From: Planctomycetota bacterium
GTDB lineage: Bacteria; Planctomycetota; UBA1135; UBA2386
Assembly (NCBI GenBank): GCA_947501605.1
Contig: CANMWZ010000003.1
Location: 11,746 to 75,745, forward strand
DNA length: 64,000 nucleotides
Direction: 5' to 3'
This document shows positions 16,855 to 29,797 of the stretch, in pieces. Position 1 is the first letter of the stretch. Each line of letters begins with the position of its first letter. The notes beneath the pieces were generated by a model. The model had not been told where the DNA came from. It was given only the letters and a program-made list of their open reading frames with translations, and did no database searches. A program made the translations under genes and the position numbers.

Positions 16855-19797
16855 TCAGCGCAGCATCTGCCGCACGAAACCCGTCGGACCTGTCGTCACA
16901 TAGGCGGGCTGCCACAGGCCACCAGCACCTGCGTGGTCGACGACGCGCAACGCCAGGGTGTGCCGTCCCGAAGCAAGTCGCTCACCAAGATCGAGGACCT
17001 GGCACTCGAGCCAAACACTTGTGCCGCTCGCGAGATCTCCACATCGGCCGATCGAGACCCCGTCGAGAAAACACTCGCAACTGTCGTCCACGCCTTCGAG
17101 CACCAGAGCCGCCGACGTGTTCGGCCAGTCCGTCGGCACGTCGAGGTCGATGCGGTACCAGGCGATGCCCGTATAGGTCCGCAGGTCCTCGGCTTGGTTT
17201 TCCCAATGCGAGCCGGCGCGCAAATCGCGCCACGGTTCCGAGTCGACAGGGACGGTCGCATCGAACCACCTTGCACTGAGCCCTTCGTCCTTCTGGTCGG
17301 TCCGAAAGCGCCAGACCTCGAGTGCCAGAATTCGCTCGCTCACGAGCCGGTGCAGGGCCGCGATCGTCGTCTCGGACAGGGCGCGCTGACTGGCTGGACC
17401 GTTGGCGAGATGTTCGAGCAGCTGGCGTTCCACGTAGCGACCCGCCGCCGTCGTGGCATCGAAGCTACTGGCGAGGAGGCGACCCTGTCCGATACGCGTG
17501 TCGAACGCAAAGAGGTGCGCCCGAACCTCCGTCAAGTCGTGCGTCTCCCAGAACGCGAGGATGGGGTCCACCTGATCCAGCCACGGTAGCCACGGAATCA
17601 CGCGACCACCGTCGAGATCGAATGGCTGCAGCTCGATCAACATCGACGCTGGGAGCGCCTCATGGACCGGATGCGCCGGCGCAAAGGGCGCACCTCGGAG
17701 ATACCAGAGTTCTTGTGCATGCAGCGTTCGCTTCTGCGAACCCACTCGCAGCAGCACGCGTCCGCCACGCTCCACTTCGTCGAGAACTTGCTCGTCGAGA
17801 TGATCGACGACGCGCACATTTCTCGGTCTCGCGTCGTCAAAGGTCGGCAACAGCCAGATGTCCCACTGCGCACGTACGTCAAGGCACTCGGCAGTGACTG
17901 CATGACGCGTCGGATGGGCAACCGACGGCAGCGGGGGAGTTTGGGTGGGTGGCGCCGCGAAACCGATCGGCGTGACTTCGAGGCACAGGTGCGCATCCTC
18001 CTTGACCACGAAACCGCGGGCGTCGGTGGCAAGGTGCAACATGCGCTCGCGATGCCACGACCAATCCGAAGCGCTCCACTTGAGACGTCCGAAGTCGTCG
18101 CATAGGCCCATGCGAGCCTTGGGAATGTCGCGCGCGACGGAGACCACGTAGCCGGCGTCGGGCAAGGTCGCGCGAAGTCGTTCGATCTGGTAGCGGCGTG
18201 TCGCCATGCCGTAGTCCCGTGCAATCTGCGGCAAACTCGTGAGCGTCGCGGCTCCGAACTCGCGCACGAGCCATGACTCAAACTGCTCTTGTGCGCGAAG
18301 ACAATCGGGACGCCACCACGGCAGCGGATCGCCTAGCGCTGCCCACTCCGCCCGATCGACCCATGTGTCGGCGGCAATGCACTCCCCGAGGAGCAACGGC
18401 TTCTTACCACTCTTCTCGATGTGCTTCTCGAACTCCAGCAACCGACCCGGCCACCAGCGGTTGTTGCCGTAGGGATGCTCGTCCCAGAAGTCGGTGACGC
18501 GCTGCCAACCGATCCATGAGCTGTCGTCGACGACCAGGGTCTCCGGTACCGCCGCATGGCAGGCATCGTAGAGCGCCTTCATGACCGCGAGGTCGGCGTC
18601 GTGACCCGTCTCGCAGGTGATGCTGCGGAAGGCAACCGCCGCATGACTGCCGTCAGCGCGGAAGAACTCGCCGTATTCGCGCAGTAGCTCCGCCTCGTGC
18701 GCTTGGTCGATCTTTGGGTGCCACGTCGGATACTCCTGCCAGCACAGCATGCCGAGTTCGTCGCACAGTTCGTAGACGCATGGGGGCGGCACGAACAGAC
18801 AGCACTTGAGGGTGTTGAAGCCCAGACTCTTCCAATCCTCCAGTTGCCGGCGCCAGTACGAGGCATCGCTCGGTGGGGCAAGTAGCGGCGGCGAGAAGCC
18901 CCAATGCAGGATGCCGCGCACGTGGAGCGGCACGCCATTCCAAAGCACCGTTGTGCCAGAGGCTCGAAGACTGCGAAACCCGATCGACATCTCGTGTCGA
19001 TCGAGCTCGGTGTCGCCCTGCAGCAGCCTAAACTCGAGCCCGTAGCAGTTGGGTGTCGCGCACGACCAGGGTCGCACCGAAGGCACCATCGCCTCAAACT
19101 CGAGTCCGTCCCGTGCTTCCACCGGCTGGTCAAACCAACCGACGGTCGCAGCGCCATCGCCGACGCGAACCTGAAGTCGCAGCGGCGTAGGCCTAGTGAT
19201 GCCCTGCTTGGAGATCCGGAGCGCAACTCGGCCGTGACAGCGACCAGCGCCGTCGTCTTGGAGGAAGCCGAATGCGCTCAATTGGGTTCGATCCAGCGAG
19301 GCCCCGCGATCCACAGCCATCGTCACGCTCTGCCAGATGCCGCCGAAGTGGGGTTGCACAGCAGGGAGGAAGCCCTGCGTGTTGTGGCCTACGAGTTCAT
19401 CGACGCGCACCTCGATCGTGTCCTGGCCCCGCCACTGCAAGGCCGAGGTCACCTCAACCGCGAATGGCGTCCATCCGCCCAGATGCTCGCCGAGTTCGAT
19501 ACCGTTGCAGAAGACCCGTGCGTGGGTTGCAACTGCAGCGAACTCGATCCAGATCGACCGGCCTTGGTCCGCTGCGGACAGCGGCAAGGTGCGTCGGTAC
19601 CAAGCGACCCCATCAAACGTGTGCCCAAGAACCGTCTCGAAGGTGCTGGGCACTTCGATCGCCAAATCATAGACCCGCTCTGGTGCGGCTGGGACATCGC
19701 GCCCAAGTTGCCAAAGGCCGTCGAGCGGCACCCGCTGCTGCGCAGCCAACGGCAAGACCAGGAGACACGACACCACGATTGCTCTAGCGATGCGCAT
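16855..19797 (-). CDS. Secreted glycoside hydrolase family 2-like protein (980 aa)
   Basis: Signal peptide MRIARAIVVSCLLVLPLAAQQ. GH2 sugar-binding-like segment WYRRTLPL...FCNGIELGEHLGGWTPFAVEVT, a TIM-barrel-like middle, and a second jelly-roll-like segment near the C-terminus (WYRIDLDVP...CFLDGVSIGRCG). Confidence 0.7.
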   Translation of the reverse strand: MRIARAIVVSCLLVLPLAAQQRVPLDGLWQLGRDVPAAPERVYDLAIEVPSTFETVLGHTFDGVAWYRRTLPLSAADQGRSIWIEFAAVATHARVFCNGIELGEHLGGWTPFAVEVTSALQWRGQDTIEVRVDELVGHNTQGFLPAVQPHFGGIWQSVTMAVDRGASLDRTQLSAFGFLQDDGAGRCHGRVALRISKQGITRPTPLRLQVRVGDGAATVGWFDQPVEARDGLEFEAMVPSVRPWSCATPNCYGLEFRLLQGDTELDRHEMSIGFRSLRASGTTVLWNGVPLHVRGILHWGFSPPLLAPPSDASYWRRQLEDWKSLGFNTLKCCLFVPPPCVYELCDELGMLCWQEYPTWHPKIDQAHEAELLREYGEFFRADGSHAAVAFRSITCETGHDADLAVMKALYDACHAAVPETLVVDDSSWIGWQRVTDFWDEHPYGNNRWWPGRLLEFEKHIEKSGKKPLLLGECIAADTWVDRAEWAALGDPLPWWRPDCLRAQEQFESWLVREFGAATLTSLPQIARDYGMATRRYQIERLRATLPDAGYVVSVARDIPKARMGLCDDFGRLKWSASDWSWHRERMLHLATDARGFVVKEDAHLCLEVTPIGFAAPPTQTPPLPSVAHPTRHAVTAECLDVRAQWDIWLLPTFDDARPRNVRVVDHLDEQVLDEVERGGRVLLRVGSQKRTLHAQELWYLRGAPFAPAHPVHEALPASMLIELQPFDLDGGRVIPWLPWLDQVDPILAFWETHDLTEVRAHLFAFDTRIGQGRLLASSFDATTAAGRYVERQLLEHLANGPASQRALSETTIAALHRLVSERILALEVWRFRTDQKDEGLSARWFDATVPVDSEPWRDLRAGSHWENQAEDLRTYTGIAWYRIDLDVPTDWPNTSAALVLEGVDDSCECFLDGVSIGRCGDLASGTSVWLECQVLDLGERLASGRHTLALRVVDHAGAGGLWQPAYVTTGPTGFVRQMLR

Positions 19798-19803
19798 TCT
19801 GGT

Positions 19804-21324
19804 TCAGCCGCAGCCGTAGACGGCGCGCAGCTTGGCTTCGAGGTAGGACAGGAACGGCTCCGGCGACAACGGCGCCCCGGTCGCGCGACGACAGAGCTCC
19901 TCGGGTTGAAAGCGCCTGCCGTGGACATGGACGTTGGCACGAAGCCACTCGCGCAGAGCCGAGAATGCACCCCGGGCCATCTGTGAGTCGAGGTCGGGAA
20001 GGGAACGGCGCGCGGCCGCAGCAAACTGCGCGGCGTAGAGGTTGCCGAGGGTGTAGGTCGGGAAGTAGCCGAACAACCCACAGGACCAGTGCACATCCTG
20101 AAGGCAACCGCGCCGATCATCGGGCACGACAACGCCAAGATACTCCAGGTAGCGTTGGTTCCAGGCCGTCGGCAAGTCGCGCACTGCAAGGTCGCCCTCG
20201 AGTAGCAACTGCTCGAGCTCGAAACGAACCATCACGTGCAAATCGTACGTGAGTTCGTCGGCTTCGACACGGATCAGACTCGGCTGCACAACGTTGCTGG
20301 CCAAGAACAATGAGTCGGAGTCAAAGGGATCGACAGAAACCCCAAGGTGCTGGCGGAGCACGGGGCGCGCCCATTGCCAGAACGCGCGGCTGCGGCCAAC
20401 GTGGTTCTCCCACAGCCGGGACTGGCTTTCGTGGATCCCCAGCGACACAGCCTCCCCGAGCGGCGTTCCCATGTGCGCGGCATCAAGACCTTGCTCGTAG
20501 AGGCCGTGACCACCTTCGTGCATCGTTGAGCCGAGCGCATCGAGCACGTTGTCGCGGGCAAATCGGGTCGTGAGTCGAACGTCGCCAAAGGAACCGGTAC
20601 AGAACGGATGGGCGCTGCGATCGAGTCGTCCGCGCTCGAAGTCAAATCCCATCGCTGCGACCACTGCGCGCACGCATTGTTCCTGGGAGCCTTCGTCAAA
20701 CTCGAGCTTGACGAAAGAGTCATCGGGCCGGCGACCCTCGAGGTCAAGATTGTGCCGCAGAGTCACAAGCCGCGGGCGCAACGTCGCGAACATCGATCGC
20801 AGTTCCGCGGCGTTCATGCCAGGTTCCGAAAGCTCTGCCAGAGCATCCCACCGCGATATCGATGCCGACCGCAGACAGTCCGCCCTGGCCTGCTGCAACT
20901 CGACCATGCGCTCCAGCACAGGACGAAACCGCGTGAAGTCTGACGCCGCCCGCGCGTCGGCCCACACTTGCTGCGCGCGGCTTTCATGCTGTGCGAGTTC
21001 GGCCACGAGAGCAGCAGGCAGCTTGGTCGCTCGATCGTAGTCGCGCCGAAATCCGTGCAGGCTGGCGCTGTGCTCCTGGCTGGCGACCAACTCCGAATCG
21101 GCTTCACAACTCGCGATCCAGTCAGCAATCCGCGGGTCCGTGGTTCGTTCATGGACCAGCGTCGCCAGCAGCGACAGTTGCTGGCTGCGATGTTCGCCGC
21201 CGCCACGAGGCATGCCGGTCTCCTGGTCCCAACTCAGCACCGCTGCGGCCGATGACAACAGATGGGTCTGCCGCGCGTGTGCGATCAGAGCGTGATATGC
21301 GGCGAGACGGGGAAAGGCTGGCAT
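19804..21324 (-). CDS. Carboxypeptidase Taq-type metallopeptidase (M32)
   Basis: HEGGHGLYEQG (HExxH), IRVEADELTYDLH and DVHWSCGLFGYFPTYTLGN. Start taken at the internal ATG 21324 (MPAFPRLAAY). Confidence 0.88.
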   Translation of the reverse strand: MPAFPRLAAYHALIAHARQTHLLSSAAAVLSWDQETGMPRGGGEHRSQQLSLLATLVHERTTDPRIADWIASCEADSELVASQEHSASLHGFRRDYDRATKLPAALVAELAQHESRAQQVWADARAASDFTRFRPVLERMVELQQARADCLRSASISRWDALAELSEPGMNAAELRSMFATLRPRLVTLRHNLDLEGRRPDDSFVKLEFDEGSQEQCVRAVVAAMGFDFERGRLDRSAHPFCTGSFGDVRLTTRFARDNVLDALGSTMHEGGHGLYEQGLDAAHMGTPLGEAVSLGIHESQSRLWENHVGRSRAFWQWARPVLRQHLGVSVDPFDSDSLFLASNVVQPSLIRVEADELTYDLHVMVRFELEQLLLEGDLAVRDLPTAWNQRYLEYLGVVVPDDRRGCLQDVHWSCGLFGYFPTYTLGNLYAAQFAAAARRSLPDLDSQMARGAFSALREWLRANVHVHGRRFQPEELCRRATGAPLSPEPFLSYLEAKLRAVYGCG

Positions 21325-21436
21325 CGTGGAGAGTGGAAGGCGCGAGCCTACGCCAGGGGTCGTCCGGCGCCACTTTGGTTGTCTTGTGCTGCTGCAACTG
21401 TGCCAACAAGCACACACGAGCTAGACTGCCGGCCTT

Positions 21437-22642
21437 ATGGCCGCACGTGCTCGCGCCTCGATCGGACTCGCCGCTGGAGCTGTGTGCGCTTGCGTCTGTC
21501 TTGGCGTTGGTTTCTGGGTCGGACGCGCTGGCTTCCAGCGGTCATTCACAACCGAGCCGCGTGGCGGATCGTCGCGAATCTGGGGGGCGGAGCACGAGGA
21601 CAAGGACAGCGGCAACGTGGACCGGCGGTCGGTACTGCCATCGTTTGCGCCAGCGGTCGAACGCACCAGCCCAGGCGTCGTCGCGGTAAGGGCCATTGTC
21701 ACCGCGACGAAGAGCCGGACCGACAACGCTTCCTCGCTGCTGAGTTCGCCACCCGAAAGTGGGCCCGAGGTGGAGCCCAAATTGGCCGTCCGCGACGGCT
21801 CCGGCTTCGTCGTCAACGCAGCCGGCCTGGTGGTGACCGCGCGCCATCTGACCGTTCGTGCCTTGCGGCTTGTGGTCGACGTTCCGGGGCTCGGCCCCTT
21901 CGATGCCCGGTTGGTTGGCGAGGATGATGTCACCGATCTCGCCGTCCTACGCATTTCGGAGCCGCCACAAAACCTGGTGGTGCTGGAACTCGGAAGGAGC
22001 GAATTGTTGCGCGCCGGCGACTGGATCATTGCCGTTGGCAACCCCTACGGGTTTCGCCAGAGCGTGACCGCGGGCATCGTCAGTTTCGTCGGGCGCCACC
22101 TTTCGAGCGAGGACCTGCGGCCGTCCAGTGAGTTCTTGCAGTTCAGCGCCGCCGTCAATCCCGGCAGTTCCGGGTGTCCGGTGGTGGACCTCGATGGGCG
22201 CGTGGTAGGCGTCACCACGCAGGCCGCCGAGTCCGCGGAAGGGCTGTCCTTTGCGATCCCTGTTCGCACGTTGAAGTGGGTCCTGGACGCGATGGACCGG
22301 AGCCCCGACGGCCGTGTCCACCGCGGTCAACTCGGCATCAACCTGCGGACTCGGATGGGCACTGGCGACGACGGCCAACCACTGCGTGGCGTCGTCATCG
22401 GTCGAGTGCTCGAAGGCCAAGCTGCGCACCGCGCCGGTATCCGGCCTGGAGATATCGTCGTCGCCGTCGATGGCGAACCCGTGATCGACACCAACGACCT
22501 GCACGAGCGCATCACTCGTTCGCCGCCAGGGAGCGAGATGCGACTTGAACTGCTTCGAGACGGTCGCTCCCTGCCGCCGCTTGCAGTGGTCCTCGGCGAT
22601 ACCGCGGCACCAGTTCCTCCGCCCGAAGCCGTCGCCCGCTGA
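21437..22642 (+). CDS. HtrA/DegP-family serine protease with one PDZ domain
   Basis: N-terminal TM segment, GNPYGFRQSVTAGIVS, NPGSSGCPVVDLDGRVVGV (catalytic Ser) and PDZ-like GVVIGRVLEGQAAHRAGIRPGDIVVAVDG. Confidence 0.85.
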   Translation: MAARARASIGLAAGAVCACVCLGVGFWVGRAGFQRSFTTEPRGGSSRIWGAEHEDKDSGNVDRRSVLPSFAPAVERTSPGVVAVRAIVTATKSRTDNASSLLSSPPESGPEVEPKLAVRDGSGFVVNAAGLVVTARHLTVRALRLVVDVPGLGPFDARLVGEDDVTDLAVLRISEPPQNLVVLELGRSELLRAGDWIIAVGNPYGFRQSVTAGIVSFVGRHLSSEDLRPSSEFLQFSAAVNPGSSGCPVVDLDGRVVGVTTQAAESAEGLSFAIPVRTLKWVLDAMDRSPDGRVHRGQLGINLRTRMGTGDDGQPLRGVVIGRVLEGQAAHRAGIRPGDIVVAVDGEPVIDTNDLHERITRSPPGSEMRLELLRDGRSLPPLAVVLGDTAAPVPPPEAVAR

Positions 22643-22646
22643 CTCC

Positions 22647-23336
22647 ATGGCGAATGAGCCACACGTTGTGATGAATGACCCGCGCGCTCTGAATCTGTGG
22701 TTCCTCGCCCCCGGAATCGCGCACTTGCTCGGCAATGCGCTGTTCACCGCGCAGGGGCGGGCGAGGCTCTTGGCGACTGGGGTGGAAGAAGGAACCTCAA
22801 CCACAGCCCAAGTGGCGGAGGATGCTCGGGCCGTGCTCGACGGCACCGGACGTGCGTTCCTTGGCCTGTCCGTCCTTCGCGGTCTCCTCGGCGAGGGCAA
22901 GACCACCGCCGTGCCTTGTGGCTCAGCCCTCCACGACTTGGCCGACATTGCCCGAGTCCCGCTTCGCGACCACGCGATGGAACTGGACCTCCACGTAGAG
23001 CCAGGTTGCGAGGACGAACTCGTAGATGCGCCCGAGCTCTTCACTGTGCTAACGACAGCGTTCCGGTTGCTCGCTGGCGGGCAGCACTCCCACGGGCTAC
23101 GGATCGAGACGCTCGTGAGCAGGAGTCAGAGCGAACTGCGCATTGCTGTGCGCGGCCGCGCGGCCGCGCGCAAGACGGACGCGTGTCAGCCACTGGCGTT
23201 GGTCGGGGAGTCGCTGGCGAATGAAGTCCGAGGATGGCCTTCAGGTGTTTGGAGCGGCCGCTGGGAAATAGCGGACTCGCTCGACATGCTGGTCTTCTAC
23301 GTTGCGATCCTACGGCCAACCTTGAGGCCGTCTTGA
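22647..23336 (+). CDS. Hypothetical protein, possibly a degenerate histidine-kinase-like protein
   Basis: H-box-like GIAHLLGNALFTAQGRARLL near the N-terminus. No N, G1 or G2 ATP-binding boxes recognised. Sits 4 nt after htrA and directly upstream of the response regulator. Confidence 0.4.
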   Translation: MANEPHVVMNDPRALNLWFLAPGIAHLLGNALFTAQGRARLLATGVEEGTSTTAQVAEDARAVLDGTGRAFLGLSVLRGLLGEGKTTAVPCGSALHDLADIARVPLRDHAMELDLHVEPGCEDELVDAPELFTVLTTAFRLLAGGQHSHGLRIETLVSRSQSELRIAVRGRAAARKTDACQPLALVGESLANEVRGWPSGVWSGRWEIADSLDMLVFYVAILRPTLRPS

Positions 23337-23395
23337 CCGCAACTTGATGAAGCCTTCCTAGCGTCCTGGCCCTTCCTTCCGCGAAGAGGCTACCT

Positions 23396-24094
23396 GTGTC
23401 CAAACCCAAGATTCTGGTCATCGAAGACGAGTCCGACATCCTCGAGGTGATCCAGTACAACCTCGAACGCGAGGGTCACAAAGTCATCGCTTGCCGCAAC
23501 GGTGAGCAGGGGCTGAGTCGTATCCGCACCGACAATCCCGACCTTGTCATCCTCGATCTCATGCTGCCAGGAATGGACGGCGTCGAGGTGTGTCGGCAAG
23601 TGAAATCGGATCCCATCACCCGAGCGATTCCGGTCATCATGGTCACGGCGAAGGCCGAGGAGAGCGACATCGTGCTCGGCCTCGGGATCGGAGCGGATGA
23701 CTACATCGCCAAACCGTTCAGTCCGAAGGAACTCATCGCCCGAGTAAAGGTCGTCTTGCGCCGCGGACCGTTGCGCGAAGAAAGCGGCGGTGGCGAGCGC
23801 GTCGTCCGCGGCGAACTCACGATCGATCTGGGACGGCACGAAGCCACCATCGGCTCGGAGGCGCTGACCCTGACGCCGACGGAGATGCGCCTTTTGCACT
23901 TCCTCGCTTCGCATCCCGGTCGCGTGTTCCCTCGATCCCACTTGCTGAGCCGCGTCATTGGCGAGGACGCGATCGTCACCGATCGCAACATCGACGTGCA
24001 CGTGCGAGCTCTTCGCCAGAAGCTCGGCAACTCCGCCGATGTCATCGAAACGGTGCGAGGTGTGGGCTACCGGTTCGCGGACGGGAGACGGTAG
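23396..24094 (+). CDS. OmpR/PhoB-family response regulator
   Basis: GTG start. Receiver domain KILVIEDESDI...DLVILDLMLPGMDG...TAK, and a winged-helix C-terminus LTPTEMRLLHFL...IETVRGVGYRF. Confidence 0.9.
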   Translation: MSKPKILVIEDESDILEVIQYNLEREGHKVIACRNGEQGLSRIRTDNPDLVILDLMLPGMDGVEVCRQVKSDPITRAIPVIMVTAKAEESDIVLGLGIGADDYIAKPFSPKELIARVKVVLRRGPLREESGGGERVVRGELTIDLGRHEATIGSEALTLTPTEMRLLHFLASHPGRVFPRSHLLSRVIGEDAIVTDRNIDVHVRALRQKLGNSADVIETVRGVGYRFADGRR

Positions 24095-24098
24095 CGCG

Positions 24099-26998
<2,900 letters not shown>

Positions 26999-27067
26999 TG
27001 GTTCGTACCATCGGCCTTTGCGAGGCGCCGTGCAAGCGCGCAGACAGAACTCGGCAGTGCGCGAAGC

Positions 27068-27802
27068 TCAGTGATCGCGGTCTGGGCGGAGCCCTGACTT
27101 CGGCTCCGTCGCGTTGATTGCCTCGCCAGCGCTCTCACCGGTCGCCTCGACGGGCTCTAGTCGATGCAGCATCGCGGCTCCAGCAGCACCGGCGCTCGTG
27201 GGACCCGCGCGGCCTTCGAGCAGTTCGCGCATCAGTGGCAGACGGTCGCCGAGGAGCGCCACCGCATCTTTGGCCAACCGCAATGAGTGCGATTCTTTGG
27301 CAGCGGCTGCCACCCGACTCTCCGGCGCGAAGAACATTCGCAGGACAATGTGCATCGACAGGACGACTAGGGCACCCGTCGCTACTCCGAGCAGCCCACC
27401 AAAAAGGCGGTCGTAGAAACCGAGTCCGACGCGCCGGATCAGATTCTGTAGCACCATCGCACAGAGACTCAGAGCCAGCAGCACTCCGACGAAGATCAGC
27501 ACGCAGGCGATGTAGAGCGCGGTCGCCTGTTGGTCCTCCGAGGGCGGCTCCTGGCCGGTGTGGGTCCAACTGAGCAACACCTCGCCGAAGCCGAAGCCGA
27601 GCTTCACCGAGGCAAAGTAGGCGGCAACCAAGATCGCCACGCGACTGACCTGCCAGACGATGCCCTTGAAGAGACCTAGGACAAAGAAGACGGCCAGCAC
27701 GCTGATGGCGGAGATGTCGACCCAACCGAGGTGCTGCAGGCTTTGGGCGAGATCGTTGGCCGCCACGGCCGTGGCAGCTGAGTCTTGGCCAGAGGTATCC
27801 AC
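27068..27802 (-). CDS. cvpA: CvpA-family membrane protein
   Basis: Four or more TM segments starting WVDISAISVLAVFFVLGLFKGIVWQVSRV, typical of CvpA. The ORF extends to 27904, but there is no in-frame ATG near the first TM. GTG 27802 or GTG 27766 are candidate starts. Confidence 0.6.
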   Translation of the reverse strand: MDTSGQDSAATAVAANDLAQSLQHLGWVDISAISVLAVFFVLGLFKGIVWQVSRVAILVAAYFASVKLGFGFGEVLLSWTHTGQEPPSEDQQATALYIACVLIFVGVLLALSLCAMVLQNLIRRVGLGFYDRLFGGLLGVATGALVVLSMHIVLRMFFAPESRVAAAAKESHSLRLAKDAVALLGDRLPLMRELLEGRAGPTSAGAAGAAMLHRLEPVEATGESAGEAINATEPKSGLRPDRDH

Positions 27803-27962
27803 CGGAGCATTGTGCAGCCGGATGGCTGTACTGCCAGCCCGGTGCCAAGACGGTCTGCTCCCGAGACTTGCTCGCTGGTTCCCGTAGTTGCATTCGCACC
27901 GCACGCCTGGGAGCCTGTCCGTCCGTCTGGATCCACGAATCCGGGCCCGACCCTCCCAACCG

Positions 27963-29648
27963 ATGGCCAGTTCCGACGCGCTCCGTCTGCAGACCGCCCT
28001 CCTGCAACTCCACCGACGTGCTCTCCAGGACCACCGTCTGCAGGCAGAACTGGCTCGCGCTCGACGTGAGTTTTTCGGTGTCGAGCCAGGGGTGAAGGTC
28101 CGACCGACTGCCGAACTGCGCTTCCTCGAATGGGCGCTCCTCGAGCGTGAGAGCCTTGCGCTGGCCTCGATCCCGAGTGACGTGCTTGCGGAACCAGGCG
28201 ATGACGATGCGCTGACCGGTTCAGCCGTCGGCGTCTACACGGTTGAGTCCGTCGAAGAGGAACGCGTCGACGCGCGCGACCTGCAGGACGAGGACACCGT
28301 CGAGTTGCTGGTGCCGCAAGGAACCCTGCAGATCGGCGACCTCATGGTCGGACGCATCTATGGAACCCTCCGCGGCACGTGGCAGCCCTCCGCGGCAGTT
28401 GCGATCTACCGCCCAGGGGCGGCGCTTGCCAAGGCGTTTCAACGCGACCTCAAGCGCCTCGAACTGGAGCGTCGCCTCACCCAGGTCGAGATCGAACACC
28501 TCTTGTTGCGGCAGCAGACGCCGGACCACGAGCTCGCGGCCCCGGATACTGGGCCGACACCGGCGCCAAAGCTGATTCCGGGTCGGCAAGTCGAGCACAT
28601 CGAAGCTGAGTTGGAGACCGTGCTCAGCGCTGGCGGTGTCCCTGGCCTGACGACCGAGGTCAGTGACTCCTTGGCCCAGACCGAGCGAATGGGAGCGGTG
28701 ACTGGGCCGCTGCTCGAGCAACTGGCATTCGAGACAGAGGTCGATCTCGACCGCGCCCGGCGACTCCTGATCGAGTTGTGGAACGCGCACCACAGCGGCA
28801 GCCCCCAAGAGCTATCGCCCGAGCCGGCGAAGCCACGCGGCCCGATCGAGCTTGCAGAGATCCCCGGGGAGACCCTGGGGGAGCGCCTCGCACGCCTGCT
28901 CAACGAAGGTCTCTCGCAAAAGCGCGACGTCACCGAGTTGTTCCGCCAGCTCGAAGCCATGGCCGGAATTGAAGACGAGGAAGAGGGTGCCGATGACGAC
29001 GCTCTTGGTGACGCCGGTCCGGCGATGATCCACGCCCTGGAGGGCGAGGACTTTGGCGATCTGGCACCGCTGGTGACCGAGTACTTGTGGGAAACCGCGC
29101 AAAGCGGTTCGGAAGCCGAAGGGCTCCTCCAGCTCTGGATCGCGCTGCAACAGAATGCAGCGCTGCCGCACACGAACCTGGATGACGTGACTGGGCAGGA
29201 CCTGATGCGCTTGCTGCTGCATGTCTACCTGCGTGCGGAACCAACGGGGCGCGCAGCGGCCGTTCGCACGGCATTCGCCGCGGTCACTGCGTTTTCGGTT
29301 TGGGCCGAAGCGACCCAGGAATTGTCCCTCAAGAGTGCGCTGCTCAGTTGCCAGGGCCACTTACTCGACCATCTCGACCGGCTCCAGGAAGTGGGCATCC
29401 GGTTGACAACTGCCACCAAAGAAGGGGCTTCGACCCCAGGCCTGCTGCACGTCGAGGACATCGCCGTCGATGGCTTCGGCGTACGCGGCGACGAGAGCAG
29501 CCACTGGATCGAGACGACCACGCAGATTGCAACGCTGCTGCGCCACGGCGACTTGCTCCTAGCGGCCCTGGTGGAGCACGGCACCGAAGCGATCTTCTCG
29601 GGCCCGGTAGTCGCGTTGCCTGCCGACGCCGAAGCCCTGGTCGGATGA
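27963..29648 (+). CDS. Hypothetical protein (561 aa), acidic, helical
   Basis: Start at the internal ATG 27963 (MASSDALRLQ). Coherent coding composition. No catalytic motif recognised. Confidence 0.55.
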   Translation: MASSDALRLQTALLQLHRRALQDHRLQAELARARREFFGVEPGVKVRPTAELRFLEWALLERESLALASIPSDVLAEPGDDDALTGSAVGVYTVESVEEERVDARDLQDEDTVELLVPQGTLQIGDLMVGRIYGTLRGTWQPSAAVAIYRPGAALAKAFQRDLKRLELERRLTQVEIEHLLLRQQTPDHELAAPDTGPTPAPKLIPGRQVEHIEAELETVLSAGGVPGLTTEVSDSLAQTERMGAVTGPLLEQLAFETEVDLDRARRLLIELWNAHHSGSPQELSPEPAKPRGPIELAEIPGETLGERLARLLNEGLSQKRDVTELFRQLEAMAGIEDEEEGADDDALGDAGPAMIHALEGEDFGDLAPLVTEYLWETAQSGSEAEGLLQLWIALQQNAALPHTNLDDVTGQDLMRLLLHVYLRAEPTGRAAAVRTAFAAVTAFSVWAEATQELSLKSALLSCQGHLLDHLDRLQEVGIRLTTATKEGASTPGLLHVEDIAVDGFGVRGDESSHWIETTTQIATLLRHGDLLLAALVEHGTEAIFSGPVVALPADAEALVG

Positions 29649-29696
29649 CGGGTTGGCCCTGGTCGGATGACGGGCTAGCCCTGGTCGAACGCGGGG
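29635..29696. repeat. 22-bp tandem repeat (2.8 copies) spanning the stop codon of the 27963-29648 CDS
   Basis: CCCTGGTCGGATGACGGGTTGG / CCCTGGTCGGATGACGGGCTAG / CCCTGGTCGAACGCGGGG. Each full unit carries the ...ALVG-TGA ending. Confidence 0.9.
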
Positions 29697-29797
29697 TCGC
29701 AACGGAAACCGGGTCGCTGCGGTGCGTTCGGTGGACGGATCTTCCGCTCGTGCCGCGCCGACCCCAGCGGCGCTAGAGAACTGCGGCAAAGTCCGCC

